62,256 nt of DNA. Source: Dehalococcoidia bacterium (GTDB lineage: Bacteria > Chloroflexota > Dehalococcoidia > GIF9 > AB-539-J10). The notes beneath the pieces are model-generated. The model did no database searches and was not told the DNA's origin. It was given only the letters and a program-made list of their open reading frames with translations. Shown here one piece after another: positions 36,821-47,354 of the stretch (positions are counted from its first letter, which is position 1; the number at the start of each line of letters is the position of its first letter). The position numbers and the translations under genes are program-made. Where the stretch lies: assembly GCA_034430415.1 (NCBI GenBank), contig DAOUEN010000118.1, forward strand, positions 1-62,256, read 5' to 3'.

Positions 36821-38808
36821 GGCTTCGTCTCCGTATGCTTGAAAAAGACAGTAGCCAGTGGCGGTAGAGTGAATGTCATAGAATAGGGGCGGCCATGTAG
36901 CGGAATAGGGGCAGCCTCTAGACCGCCTAGGTTACCCTGACCACCGCCTCCGTATTCCGCGGCATCACTGTTCAATAGTTCTCTCCAGAATCCGGCTCGT
37001 GGCACTCCGATTCGATAGTTGAAATGAGTTTGTGTGGTGAAGTTGCACACGACAACAACACTATCATCGAGTGAACGCCCCTTGCGCATCAGGCTAACCA
37101 CGCTGTGCTCAACGTCATTGCAGTCAATCCATTCGAACCCTGCCTGGTCGAAGTCCAATTGACAAAGAGCCGGTTCACTTCGGTAGAAAAGGTTTAGATC
37201 TCTTACCCAGTGCTGAAGGCCAGAATGGGGTGGGTATTGTAAGAGATGCCACTCCAGGCTATCATCATGAGCCCACTCGCGCCATTGCCCAAACTCCCCA
37301 CCCATGAACAGCAATTTCTTCCCCGGCTGGGCATACATATATCCCTGAAGGAGCCGCAGGTTGGCAAATTTCTGCCAGTCGTCTCCCGGCATCTTGCCCA
37401 AGAGCGAAGCTTTGCCATATACCACCTCATCATGGGAAAGGGGAAGAGCGAAGTTCTCAAAGAAGGCATATATCATTCGGAAAGTCAGGTTATTATGGTG
37501 GTACTTTCTATAGACAGGGTCCTTGGACATGTAGTCCAGCGTATCGTGCATCCAGCCCATGTCCCACTTGAGGCCGAAGCCCAGACCGCCGATGTAGACA
37601 GGCCGTGATACCATAGGCCAGGACGTGGACTCCTCAGCAATGGTCTGCACGTCAGGGTGTTCCTGGTAGACCGCCTCGTTGAAGCGCCTGAGAAAAGTAA
37701 TGGCTTCTAAGTTCTCCCGGCCCCCGTATTTATTGGCTATCCACTCGCCACCCTTGCGACCGTAGTCGAGATAAAGCATGGAAGCTACCGCATCCACACG
37801 CAGCCCATCAACATGGTATTTATCCAGCCAGAAGATGGCGCTTGATAGTAGGAAGCTTCTTACTTCGTTGCAGCCGTAGTTAAAGATAAAACTGTTCCAG
37901 TCGGGATGGATTCCCTGCCTGGGGTCTTCGTGCTCGTAGAGGTGCGTGCCGTCGAAGTAACCAGGTCCATGCTCATCGTTGGGAAAGTGGGAGGGAACCC
38001 AATCCAGAATCACACTGATGTCATGCTGGTGCAGATAGTCAACCAGGTACATGAAGTCCTGCGGCGTGCCATACCGACTGGTCGGGGCGAAGTATCCCGT
38101 GGTCTGGTAGCCCCAGGAGCCATAGAATGGATGCTCCATAACAGGCAGAAACTCAACGTGGGTAAAACCCATTTGCTGAACATACTCAGCCAGCTGAGGG
38201 GCTAGCTCTCGGTAGTTGAGAGAGCGGTTCCCATCCTCTGGCACCCGCCGCCAGGAGCCAAGATGTATCTCGTAGATAGCCATGGGGGCGTCAAGGGCAT
38301 TCTTCTCCCGGCGATTTTCCATCCATTCTCTATCTTTCCAGTTATAGTCTAAATCCCATATGATTGAAGCTGTCTTCGGAGGTATCTCGCTGAAGCAGGC
38401 GAATGGGTCAGCCTTCTCGACCCGGTAGTTGCGGCGATGGGAGACGATGTAGTATTTATATAGCGTGCCGTTGCCGATGCCGGGGATGAAGCCTTCCCAA
38501 ATGCCCGATTGACCTTTGGCACGGAGCTGGTGACTCGACTTGTTCCAACCATTAAACTCCCCGACGACGCTGACCTGCTTGGCATTTGGTGCCCAAACAG
38601 CGAAATAAGTTCCTTCAACTCCGCCTACGCTGGTAGGATGGGCTCCCAGCTTTTCATGGAGTCTGTAGTGAGATCCCTCATTGAAGAGATAAAGGTCATC
38701 ATCGGAGAGCAGCGTCACGTCATAGCTAACCGTTTGAACTTCTTCAGTTTGCTTTGCCTTTTTGCCTTCGCGAACTGTCATTTCACTCTCTTGCTCAACT
38801 ACGCTCAT
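36817..38808 (-). CDS. glgB: 1,4-alpha-glucan branching enzyme (GH13_9)
   Basis: Contains [27 protein letters not shown] and [15 protein letters not shown]. Confidence 0.92.
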   Translation of the reverse strand: MSVVEQESEMTVREGKKAKQTEEVQTVSYDVTLLSDDDLYLFNEGSHYRLHEKLGAHPTSVGGVEGTYFAVWAPNAKQVSVVGEFNGWNKSSHQLRAKGQSGIWEGFIPGIGNGTLYKYYIVSHRRNYRVEKADPFACFSEIPPKTASIIWDLDYNWKDREWMENRREKNALDAPMAIYEIHLGSWRRVPEDGNRSLNYRELAPQLAEYVQQMGFTHVEFLPVMEHPFYGSWGYQTTGYFAPTSRYGTPQDFMYLVDYLHQHDISVILDWVPSHFPNDEHGPGYFDGTHLYEHEDPRQGIHPDWNSFIFNYGCNEVRSFLLSSAIFWLDKYHVDGLRVDAVASMLYLDYGRKGGEWIANKYGGRENLEAITFLRRFNEAVYQEHPDVQTIAEESTSWPMVSRPVYIGGLGFGLKWDMGWMHDTLDYMSKDPVYRKYHHNNLTFRMIYAFFENFALPLSHDEVVYGKASLLGKMPGDDWQKFANLRLLQGYMYAQPGKKLLFMGGEFGQWREWAHDDSLEWHLLQYPPHSGLQHWVRDLNLFYRSEPALCQLDFDQAGFEWIDCNDVEHSVVSLMRKGRSLDDSVVVVCNFTTQTHFNYRIGVPRAGFWRELLNSDAAEYGGGGQGNLGGLEAAPIPLHGRPYSMTFTLPPLATVFFKHTETKP

Positions 38809-38815
38809 TCTCAGG

Positions 38816-41800
38816 CTAGCTTCCGGCTTCCATCAACTGCAATATCCCCTGCAGAGGTACTTTCACCCAGTCGGGTCGGTTGTTAAGTTCATACCCGATC
38901 TCATATATTGCCTTCTCCAGAATATAGGCATCGAGCAGAATTCTTAGATGCTCCGGATCTTCAGGTAGCAAAGCAACTGGCCTAATGATGTCTAGATATG
39001 AATTCAGGAAAGCCACCGAAACCCAGACATACCAGTACTGTGCCCAGTGCTGGAGTAATGGCAAGTCATCCTCCGGCCTGGGTGCCTGAGGTGCTTGTTT
39101 GATTAGGGCACTATGAGCAGCATAGTGAAATGACCGTATCATGCCGGCAACATCCAGCAAAGGCGAACGCTTCAGACGACGCTCACTCAAGGAGCGGGCT
39201 GGCTCACCCTCGAAGTCTATGATGACAAAGTCCTTCCCGGTAAACAGTATCTGCCCCAGATGATAATCACCGTGGCAGCGGATACGGGCTGCCGAAATCT
39301 TCTGCTTGCGTATCGGCTGATATCGTTTTATGATTTCCTTCTCCAAATCAAGAACTCGCTGAGCATCTTCCCTCAGTTCTTCGGGGATATTTGTTAATTG
39401 CTCTTTCAATATTTGTAGCGTCCTGATGGTGAAGCTCCGCATGGACTGATAGAGAGACGTTTGATACATGTGAGTAAATAAATCCGGGGCAAAATCCGGG
39501 TCATCCAACCCTGATGCCAGGGCTACATGCAGTTCGGCAGTGCGCTGCCCCAGAAGCTGTGCTGAATTTAGATAGGGGCCAATGGTCTCTTTAGCCAGAG
39601 GAGGCGGTTCTTTAGGCAGGGATAACATGTGCTTCCGAGGAATAGGCGGTGCTTGAACTGTCGGATGTACTGATACGTTCTGAAGGTAGCGTCCCAATGA
39701 GTCTAAGGTATACTGCCAGGCATCGCCTTCATTGGCTACAAAGCTCTGCAGGATAGCCAGACTCATCGGTTTGCTCTTCCTGCGCCTATACTCCAGTGCG
39801 CCGGCAACCCGAGAAATGTGCTCAAACGGCGTCTTTTCGGTTAGAAATCGCCCGATTTCGAGGTCCGGATTAAGTCCCTCTTCAAGCCGGCGAAAGAGCT
39901 TAAGAATCAATCGGTCACCGTAGATCACTGAAGTATTGCTTTGCTCAACCTTCATAGGTGTGGGGTCCAATGAAGCTTCGCTACCACCCCGCGCACTCCG
40001 AAAGACTTGCGTGGGTAAAGCTGAAACCTCGCCGAGCTGTCCTTTGAAGCGGCGCTTCTGACCAATTGCCTTTAGGAGAGACTTACAGAAAGCTTTGTCC
40101 ACCAGAGCGTCATAGAGTACCCACTGGCTGTTCTTACTGCCAGGCTTCAAATAGGCGACAAGAGCGTGAGGGTATTCATTCGTAATCTCGCCAACCTTCT
40201 CTGCCGGAGCAGTGGTCAGAGGAACCGCATAGGTGTCGGGCTCACCTTCAGTATACTCAACCTGAATTAGGACAATGTAAGCTTCAGATTGCTCTAAATG
40301 TATGGGGATAACGTCCTCAATATCGGCTGATCGCATCTCCCGTGCTTTGCCGCGGAACCAGCGTCGCCCTCTCATATAGTCACGTAAAGTCCTCTCCAGG
40401 AGAAACCAGTTATCCCTCTCAAAAAGCTTGTCCTTTTCTCGGGGTATAGTCGGCACAGTGGCTACTTCCTCGGAGGGCAGGGCACGGACACGCATTGTCT
40501 CCGCTGGCTGCGGTTCAAGAGAGAACCAGTAAAAACCATAGGGACCTAAGGTAAAGTAATACTTGCCGTCGGTAATAGGGTCAAATTGTATCCTGCCGAA
40601 GAGGTCAACTGGCCTCCATCCCACGAATTGCGAAAGGTCAAGCTTGGTCTGCTGTGCCAGCTTAGATAGATTTGCTACGACGAGAATTGTCTCTTCGCCA
40701 TAGCGACGCAGGAAAGCTAGAACCTTGCGGTTTTCTGGCTGTAGGAACTCAAGACTACCTCGGCCGAAAGTCTTGAACCGTTTCCTCAAGGCAATCATAC
40801 GCTTCGTCCACCACAGTAAGGAGTCAGGGTTATTCTGCTGGGTTTCGACATTGATTGCCTCGTAATTGTACTCTGGGTCAATAATTGGTGGCAGATATAG
40901 CCTCTGAGGGTTGGCGCGGGAGAAGCCGGCGTTTCTATCCGGACTCCACTGCATCGGCGTACGAACTCCATTGCGGTCGCCAAGATAGAAGTTGTCACCC
41001 ATGCCGATTTCATCACCATAGTAGATGACCGGTGTACCCGGCAGAGAGAAGAGCAAGGCATTCATCAGTTCAATCTTCTTACGGTCGTTGTTCAGAAGCG
41101 GAGCCAGTCGGCGTCGTATGCCGAGATTAATTCTAGCCGATGGGTCACTGGCATAGACCCGGTACATATAGTCACGCTCTTCATCGGTGACCATCTCCAG
41201 CGTTAGCTCATCGTGATTTCTCAGGAATATAGACCACTGGCATGTTTCCGGGATTGGCGGTGTTTGCTGTAGAATGTCTACGATGGGGAAACGTTCCTCC
41301 ATTCGTATGGCCATGAATAACCGCGGCATCAGTGGGAAATGGAAACACATATGGAACTCGTCACCGTTTCCGAAATAGGGCACAGCATCTTCAGGCCACT
41401 GATTAGCTTCAGCCAGGAGCATGCGGTTCTGGAATTTTTTATCAATGCGGGCACGTAGTTCTTTCAGGAAAGTGTGTGTTTCAGAGAGATTCTCGCAGTT
41501 GGTTCCCTCCCTTTCATACAGGTACGGCACGGCATCACATCGCAGACCATCAACACCAAGCTTGAGCCAGAATTCCATCACCTTGAATATAGCCTGCCGG
41601 ACAGCCCGGTTATCGTAGTTGAGGTCAGGCTGATGAGAATAGAAGCGATGCCAGTAGTAGGCTTTGGCTAGGTGGTCCCATCTCCAGTTGGAATGTTCAG
41701 AATCGGTGAAGATAATGCGGGCGTCTTTGAACTCCTCTGCGGTATTACTCCACACGTAGAAGTCGCGATGGCGGCTTCCCGGTGGTGATTTTCTTGCCCT

Positions 41801-42172
41801 TTGGAACCACGGGTGCTGATCGGAGGTGTGATTTACCACTAACTCCGTAATGACACGGATGCCGCGACGGTGGGCTTCGTCAACAAAGGTCTTGAAATCC
41901 TGCATGTCGCCATAGGCAGGCTGTATGCTGGTAAAGTCGGAAATATCATAGCCATCGTCCTTCAGTGGCGAAGGGTAGAAGGGAAGCATCCAGATTGCTG
42001 TGACTCCAAGGTCCATTAGATAATCGAGACTGCCAACAAGGCCGCGGAAGTCTCCCACTCCATCCTCGTCACTGTCGGCGAATGCCCGCACGTGGAGCTC
42101 GTAGATTATGGCATCCCTGTACCATAACGGGTCATCGCCGACTTGCCATGATTCTCTATTTCTTCTCGTCAT
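38816..42172 (-). CDS. treS: fused trehalose synthase / maltokinase (TreS-Pep2)
   Basis: 1118 aa. GH13 N-terminal half ([44 protein letters not shown]). Maltokinase C-terminal half ([27 protein letters not shown]). Confidence 0.9.
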   Translation of the reverse strand: MTRRNRESWQVGDDPLWYRDAIIYELHVRAFADSDEDGVGDFRGLVGSLDYLMDLGVTAIWMLPFYPSPLKDDGYDISDFTSIQPAYGDMQDFKTFVDEAHRRGIRVITELVVNHTSDQHPWFQRARKSPPGSRHRDFYVWSNTAEEFKDARIIFTDSEHSNWRWDHLAKAYYWHRFYSHQPDLNYDNRAVRQAIFKVMEFWLKLGVDGLRCDAVPYLYEREGTNCENLSETHTFLKELRARIDKKFQNRMLLAEANQWPEDAVPYFGNGDEFHMCFHFPLMPRLFMAIRMEERFPIVDILQQTPPIPETCQWSIFLRNHDELTLEMVTDEERDYMYRVYASDPSARINLGIRRRLAPLLNNDRKKIELMNALLFSLPGTPVIYYGDEIGMGDNFYLGDRNGVRTPMQWSPDRNAGFSRANPQRLYLPPIIDPEYNYEAINVETQQNNPDSLLWWTKRMIALRKRFKTFGRGSLEFLQPENRKVLAFLRRYGEETILVVANLSKLAQQTKLDLSQFVGWRPVDLFGRIQFDPITDGKYYFTLGPYGFYWFSLEPQPAETMRVRALPSEEVATVPTIPREKDKLFERDNWFLLERTLRDYMRGRRWFRGKAREMRSADIEDVIPIHLEQSEAYIVLIQVEYTEGEPDTYAVPLTTAPAEKVGEITNEYPHALVAYLKPGSKNSQWVLYDALVDKAFCKSLLKAIGQKRRFKGQLGEVSALPTQVFRSARGGSEASLDPTPMKVEQSNTSVIYGDRLILKLFRRLEEGLNPDLEIGRFLTEKTPFEHISRVAGALEYRRRKSKPMSLAILQSFVANEGDAWQYTLDSLGRYLQNVSVHPTVQAPPIPRKHMLSLPKEPPPLAKETIGPYLNSAQLLGQRTAELHVALASGLDDPDFAPDLFTHMYQTSLYQSMRSFTIRTLQILKEQLTNIPEELREDAQRVLDLEKEIIKRYQPIRKQKISAARIRCHGDYHLGQILFTGKDFVIIDFEGEPARSLSERRLKRSPLLDVAGMIRSFHYAAHSALIKQAPQAPRPEDDLPLLQHWAQYWYVWVSVAFLNSYLDIIRPVALLPEDPEHLRILLDAYILEKAIYEIGYELNNRPDWVKVPLQGILQLMEAGS

Positions 42173-42175
42173 ATC

Positions 42176-42532
42176 TTACTCGCCCAGTAATGTATGTATA
42201 TATTCCATCAGCTCCTTCATATCCGGCTTTACCAGCAGGCTGCTGGCGCCGTGTTTCATGCTGTCCTTCTGAATAATGGGGCTGCGCTGCGGAGAAATGA
42301 CAATAAATGGTATCTTTGCCTTGCGCAACGCCTCGCAGCGCTCCCAGATACGCTCATCAAAACCCGAAAGGTCTATGAGTGCGACGGCGAAGTCCTTTTT
42401 CTCCTGGATCGAGTTATCCAGTTCTTCCAAGCTCGCAGCACTCAATGTCTCATAGCCTTCTTTGACAAGCTGCTGGGACAGAAGGTCCAGGTTGGCACGG
42501 TTACTGCCCACAGAAAGAATTGTCGTTTTCAT
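42176..42532 (-). CDS. single-domain response-regulator receiver (CheY-like) with a degenerate acidic pocket
   Basis: 118 aa. The phospho-acceptor context VALIDLSGF, S in FIVISPQ and K in LLVKP are present, but beta1 ends ILSVGSN rather than the usual DD pair. The stop is 3 nt before the treS start. Confidence 0.7.
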   Translation of the reverse strand: MKTTILSVGSNRANLDLLSQQLVKEGYETLSAASLEELDNSIQEKKDFAVALIDLSGFDERIWERCEALRKAKIPFIVISPQRSPIIQKDSMKHGASSLLVKPDMKELMEYIHTLLGE

Positions 42533-42711
42533 ACCCTTGCTCCATCAGCCAGGAAGTGCGGCCCCAAAGTGCTCTTGCCGCTGCCAGTGCCTCCCCGTAC
42601 CAGATATGCCCGCTGCGGCAAAAAACCCTGATTCATAATTTCATCCAGTCCTGCAACTCCCGTAGAAACATGGGCATCAGTTTTTCTTGATTCCTTTTGC
42701 CTGCGAGGCAC
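42529..42711 (-). pseudogene. 60-codon KaiC/RecA-like P-loop N-terminal fragment (Walker A only)
   Basis: STGVAGLDEIMNQGFLPQRAYLVRGGTGSGKSTLGPHFLADGARV matches the first ~60 residues of KaiC-like ATPases and then stops. A strong AAGGAGG lies 6 nt before GTG 42711. A GTATGA overlap couples it to the receiver gene. Confidence 0.55.
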
Positions 42712-42825
42712 AATGCACCTCCTTTTTAACTTTACTATGCTTTACCTGATATCCTTTCTTGAACGGATTAGGCTCAAACAAAGCTAATTTTGAGATGTTG
42801 TGTATTACCCTCCAACCTTACCTCT

Positions 42826-44847
42826 CTACATGTAGTAATCAAAATCCTGCTCCCTGCGTATGCGGCGGTTAACTCTGAAGATGTGCGCCGGACAGACCTT
42901 TGGATCTAGCTCGATATAGTTTCCCGCGCCGTGCCACAAGTAGCGAGCTCCACTTAGCAGGTCGTGAACCTGATAGGGTCGCTGTGGATCTAGCTCCCAT
43001 GGTTCTATGGGAAGATGAACCCAACCAGAGTGAGTGTAGTGAGGGTTGAGGTTCACCACCACAAGTATGATATTAGATAGGTCCTCGGTGTGTTTGCTGT
43101 AGCATATCAGCTCCTCATTGTCTACGGCATGGAACCATAGATTCTGGTTACTCTGGAGAGACGGATTCTCTCGGCGTATCTGGTTAACACGGGCTATGAA
43201 ATCCTTCAGGCTGTCGGCCCTGTTGATATCCCAGTGCTGTATCTCGTATTTCTCCGAGTCCAGGTACTCTTCGCTGCCATGCTCCCTGGGAGTGTTCACA
43301 CAGAGTTCAAATGCCGGGCCATAGATGCCGTAGTTGGATGTCAGTGTAGCTGCCAGTACCAGGCGTGCCATGAAAGCTGGTCTACCGCCAGATTGCAGGT
43401 ATTCAGTTAAGATATCAGGCGTGTTCGGCCAGAAATTTGGCCGGTAAAACTTGCACACATCGCTCTGGGTGGGCTCGGTCAAGTATTGAGTTAGCTCTTC
43501 CTTGGTATTGCGCCAGGTAAAGTAAGTGTATGACTGGCTAAAGCCCAGCTTGGCCAACTGGTGCATGACCTTGGGCCGGGTGAAGGCCTCGGCAAGGAAG
43601 ATAGTATCGGGATATTCCTTTTTCACCTCCGCGATGAGCCATTCCCAGAAACGAAAAGGCTTGGTATGGGGGTTATCCACTCGGAAAATACGCACTCCCT
43701 GCTCAATCCAGAACAGGAAAACACTCTTCAATTCCTCCCAGAGCTCGCGCCAGTGCTCGGTCTCAAAGTTGAGAGGGTAGATGTCCTGGTATTTCTTGGG
43801 TGGGTTTTCGGCATACTGAATGGTTCCATCAGGTCGCCACACGAACCACTCCGGGTGTTCCTTCACATAGGGGTGGTCGGGGGAACACTGGATGGCGATA
43901 TCTAAGGCTATTTCGATGCCGTATTCCTTGGCTTTCTCTACAAGATGGCGGAAGTCCTCCAGAGTGCCAAGCCGGGGATGGATCGCTTTGTGTCCGCCTT
44001 CCTCGGCTCCGATAGCCCAGGGGGTTCCAGGGTCATCTGGGGCAGCCTTAACCGTATTGTTCTTGCCTTTACGAAAGGTTCTGCCGATGGGGTGAATAGG
44101 TGGAAAGTAGAGCACATCGAAGCCCATTTCCGCTATATACGGAAGGCGGGCTTCACAGTCCTTAAAGGTGCCGTGTTTCCCCTGCTCGTTGGCGCAGGAG
44201 CGAGGGAACATCTCATACCAGGTGCTAAATTGGGCCCTTGTGCGGTCAACCGATACCGCTAGCTCTCTGGGATAGGTGACAGAGAACCGCCTGTCTGAAT
44301 ACTTTTGCATGACTCTGGCGACTTCCTCACTCAAGACCAGCTTTACCTTTTCTGACTGTGAAGCTGGCGGAGATTTGAAAGTCTTCATCCACTCCTGCAG
44401 TGCCTGACTATCGGCTTTTAAAGCCTGTCCGCTTGCCTCGGCAATAAGATTTGCCCCCACCAGTAGATTTATGTTTATGTCTTCCTGCCCAGCTTCAAGC
44501 CGCTTCTGAAAATCCTTGCGCCATGACTTAAACCTGTCAACCCAGGCTGTTACAGTGTACAGATAGTGTCCAAGTTCTGTAACCAGGAAGGAGCCCTTCC
44601 AACTGTCATTGGTGATGAATTCCATTGGAGCTTCGGCCCACTTCGGATCTCCCTCTTTTCGATATAGGAGTATGGCTGTAATCGCATCGTGACCATCAGA
44701 AAAAATATCAACTTCTACCTCCACTTTTTCACCGACCACAGCTTTTGCCGGCAACAGGCCGCTATCAACCTCGGGTTTCACTCCACTAATAATCACTCGC
44801 GCTCTGCCGTCTGGCTGCTCCATATGTGCATCCTCACCTTCAGTCAT
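42826..44847 (-). CDS. glgE: alpha-1,4-glucan:maltose-1-phosphate maltosyltransferase
   Basis: 673 aa with a DUF3416-type N-terminus (RVIISGVKPEVDSG..PAKAVVGEKV) and the GH13_3 catalytic region IFRVDNPHTKPFRFWEW. Confidence 0.9.
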   Translation of the reverse strand: MTEGEDAHMEQPDGRARVIISGVKPEVDSGLLPAKAVVGEKVEVEVDIFSDGHDAITAILLYRKEGDPKWAEAPMEFITNDSWKGSFLVTELGHYLYTVTAWVDRFKSWRKDFQKRLEAGQEDININLLVGANLIAEASGQALKADSQALQEWMKTFKSPPASQSEKVKLVLSEEVARVMQKYSDRRFSVTYPRELAVSVDRTRAQFSTWYEMFPRSCANEQGKHGTFKDCEARLPYIAEMGFDVLYFPPIHPIGRTFRKGKNNTVKAAPDDPGTPWAIGAEEGGHKAIHPRLGTLEDFRHLVEKAKEYGIEIALDIAIQCSPDHPYVKEHPEWFVWRPDGTIQYAENPPKKYQDIYPLNFETEHWRELWEELKSVFLFWIEQGVRIFRVDNPHTKPFRFWEWLIAEVKKEYPDTIFLAEAFTRPKVMHQLAKLGFSQSYTYFTWRNTKEELTQYLTEPTQSDVCKFYRPNFWPNTPDILTEYLQSGGRPAFMARLVLAATLTSNYGIYGPAFELCVNTPREHGSEEYLDSEKYEIQHWDINRADSLKDFIARVNQIRRENPSLQSNQNLWFHAVDNEELICYSKHTEDLSNIILVVVNLNPHYTHSGWVHLPIEPWELDPQRPYQVHDLLSGARYLWHGAGNYIELDPKVCPAHIFRVNRRIRREQDFDYYM

Positions 44848-44849
44848 CG

Positions 44850-46286
44850 CTAGTCAATTTTCTCCACCTTTAGCAGATTAGTGGCGCCAGCCACTCCTAT
44901 AGGGACACCTCCGGTAATCACTATCAAATCACCAGGCTTAGCTAGTCCCGCCTCCTTGGCTAGCTTAGCTCCCATCTCAAAAAGTTCATCTACAGATGAT
45001 GCCGGGTCTACTTGGAATGGGTACACACCCCAGTAAAGCAGCATCTTGCCAGATACAACGTCACTGGGTGTAGTCGCCAGGATAGGCACCCGCGGACGGT
45101 ACTTTGAAACTCGCCTAGCCGTGCTTCCCGACTGGGTAAAGGCCACAATGGCTACTGCTCCTAGGCTGTCTGCCGTATGGCAGGCACTATAGCTTATTAG
45201 TTCGTCCGTCTCGCGTTCAATCCACATACTCCTCTCGTCAATCAGGTGCGCATAGGAGAGCCTCTTTTCAGTTTCTATGGCGATTCTGGCCATGGTTCTC
45301 ACTGCCTGTACCGGGTATTTGCCCACGGATGTCTCTGCCGAGAGCATGGTGGCATCGGTGCCGTCTAAGATAGCATTGGCCACATCGGTGACTTCGGCTC
45401 GCGTCGGACGAGCGGCATTCGCCATTGACTCCAGCATCTGGGTAGCGGTGATCACCGGCTTGCCAACATGGTTGCACTTCTGGATGATTTCCTTCTGTAT
45501 AAGTGGCACTCTCTCCAGAGGAATGTCTACGCCCAGGTCTCCGCGCGCCACCATGATGCCGTCACTGGCAGAGAGGATATCATCAAAATCCTTCACCGCC
45601 TGTCCCCGTTCAATCTTCGAAATGACCGGAATATCTGCATTGTGCTCGCTCAATACGGCCCTTACGGCAAATATGTCTTGAGCGCTGCTGACAAAGGAAA
45701 TAGCCAGGTAATCTGGCTTTTGCTGAACAGCGAAGGCAATATGCTCACGTAAGGCATCAGTAATGAAGGAGCCTGAAGTACGCATGCCAGGAACGACGAG
45801 CCCGCGCCTCTCAGTGAGCACGCCACCCACTGTTACTCTACATTTCACTTCGTTGCCATTCTTCCCAAGCACTCTCAACTGCATGGCCCCATCATCCAGC
45901 AAGACGGTGTCGCCTATTTTCACGTCCTGTGGCAGATTAGGCAGGTTGACTGGCACCGCAGCCGCATCTCCCTCAATGTCTCTGCTGGTTAGCGTCAGTT
46001 GAGCACCCTTTCTTAGAATAGCCTGGCCGCCTTTGAGTCTGCCAGTACGATATTTTGGCCCCGGCAGGTCCACAAGAATCGCCACCTGCATACGCAGTCG
46101 CTGGCTTATCCTTCTCACGGTACGAATATACCGGGCATGGACATCGTGTGTCCCATGCGACAGATTGAGCCGGGCAATATTCATACCGCTCCGGATAAGA
46201 CGCTCAATGACTGAGGCTGTACCCGTCGCCGGGCCTATGGTACATACTATCTTGGTTCGTCTCTTGAAGTAACCAGTCTGCTTCAT
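44850..46286 (-). CDS. pyk: pyruvate kinase
   Basis: Contains RRTKIVCTIGPA and MVARGDLGVDIP; 478 aa. Confidence 0.92.
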   Translation of the reverse strand: MKQTGYFKRRTKIVCTIGPATGTASVIERLIRSGMNIARLNLSHGTHDVHARYIRTVRRISQRLRMQVAILVDLPGPKYRTGRLKGGQAILRKGAQLTLTSRDIEGDAAAVPVNLPNLPQDVKIGDTVLLDDGAMQLRVLGKNGNEVKCRVTVGGVLTERRGLVVPGMRTSGSFITDALREHIAFAVQQKPDYLAISFVSSAQDIFAVRAVLSEHNADIPVISKIERGQAVKDFDDILSASDGIMVARGDLGVDIPLERVPLIQKEIIQKCNHVGKPVITATQMLESMANAARPTRAEVTDVANAILDGTDATMLSAETSVGKYPVQAVRTMARIAIETEKRLSYAHLIDERSMWIERETDELISYSACHTADSLGAVAIVAFTQSGSTARRVSKYRPRVPILATTPSDVVSGKMLLYWGVYPFQVDPASSVDELFEMGAKLAKEAGLAKPGDLIVITGGVPIGVAGATNLLKVEKID

Positions 46287-46319
46287 ACCAAAAATCTGCC
46301 TCGCTGATTGACCAATAGG

Positions 46320-47312
46320 TTAGTATTGCTCATACCAGCCCTCGTTTGCCGCCTCAAAATCTCCCTTGTCGCTCCCCATCTTGGTATACCAGGGCTTTCC
46401 GTACTTGTTGACCATCTCGGCCAGTTCCTTGAGCCTGGGAGCAGCGGTACTCTTGAAAAAATTCATCCTCTCTCCCCTGGAGCGGATCTGGACTCCCTCC
46501 TGCCACAGTGCTCGCCCAGCGAGGAAACCAGATGCCCCGGCTTTACAGGCAATTTCTACCTGTTTCTTGAAGGTCTTGAAGTCAGCACCCGCGCTGAGGA
46601 GCACCCAGGGCAACCGTGATGCCCGGCCCAGCTCCTGGCATAGCTGCAGCAAATTCTTCTCATCATGCTCAAAATCCATATCTGCCGGGAATTCTGCCTT
46701 CAATACGTCAATGGGTAGCGAGGTAATCTGGCGCGCAGTCTCGATTACCAGCTCCGGCTTCATCTCGGCAAACTTCTGCGCAGACACGCCGACTTCTTCA
46801 ACAGGATAGCTCACCGGCTCGACCAGGAGGGGAATATCTTCCTTGATACATTGGTCGGCAACCATGGCAATGAGGTCCAGCTGCCGTGAAGCTGTCTCTT
46901 TCAGGTCAGGACGGAAGTAGACAAGAAGCTTGACAGCCGAAGCCCCCATCCCCTTGACCTTTTCGACGCTCCAATTAGGCATAATCTCAGTAAGCCTGGC
47001 TGCCTTTTCGCCGGAGTATCCCGTCTTCTCTAGGCTGACTAGGAGCCCTATATGCCCCGGTAATATCCCGCCAGCAATAGCCTGGGCTGCCCCATAGATA
47101 GGGTCAAGCAGAACGGCGCTGGCAAAAGGTGCCACCGCCCGGCAGAGGTCGAGCTTGAAGTCAACCATGTCCTGATAGGTTACGGCCTCAGGGTTTTGCT
47201 CATTCATGGCCCGCTGCAGCGCACCCCGGTGGTCAATAGCACAAATAGTCAAAAAACCATTATCGTCAGCAACCTGCTGCAATCCTCTTAGCTTGCCGAT
47301 AGATAGAGTCAT
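46320..47312 (-). CDS. class I aldolase of the DeoC/LacD (tagatose-1,6-bisphosphate aldolase) family
   Basis: Begins MTLSIGKLRGLQQVADDNGFLTICAIDHRG, with the Schiff-base lysine context ASAVKLLVYF. GGGAGG lies 7 nt before ATG 47312; the ORF track starts earlier, at 47336. Confidence 0.75.
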   Translation of the reverse strand: MTLSIGKLRGLQQVADDNGFLTICAIDHRGALQRAMNEQNPEAVTYQDMVDFKLDLCRAVAPFASAVLLDPIYGAAQAIAGGILPGHIGLLVSLEKTGYSGEKAARLTEIMPNWSVEKVKGMGASAVKLLVYFRPDLKETASRQLDLIAMVADQCIKEDIPLLVEPVSYPVEEVGVSAQKFAEMKPELVIETARQITSLPIDVLKAEFPADMDFEHDEKNLLQLCQELGRASRLPWVLLSAGADFKTFKKQVEIACKAGASGFLAGRALWQEGVQIRSRGERMNFFKSTAAPRLKELAEMVNKYGKPWYTKMGSDKGDFEAANEGWYEQY

Positions 47313-47354
47313 ATTCTTGCCTCCCTGTAAAAACACTCTTGATCCTTTATCCCT

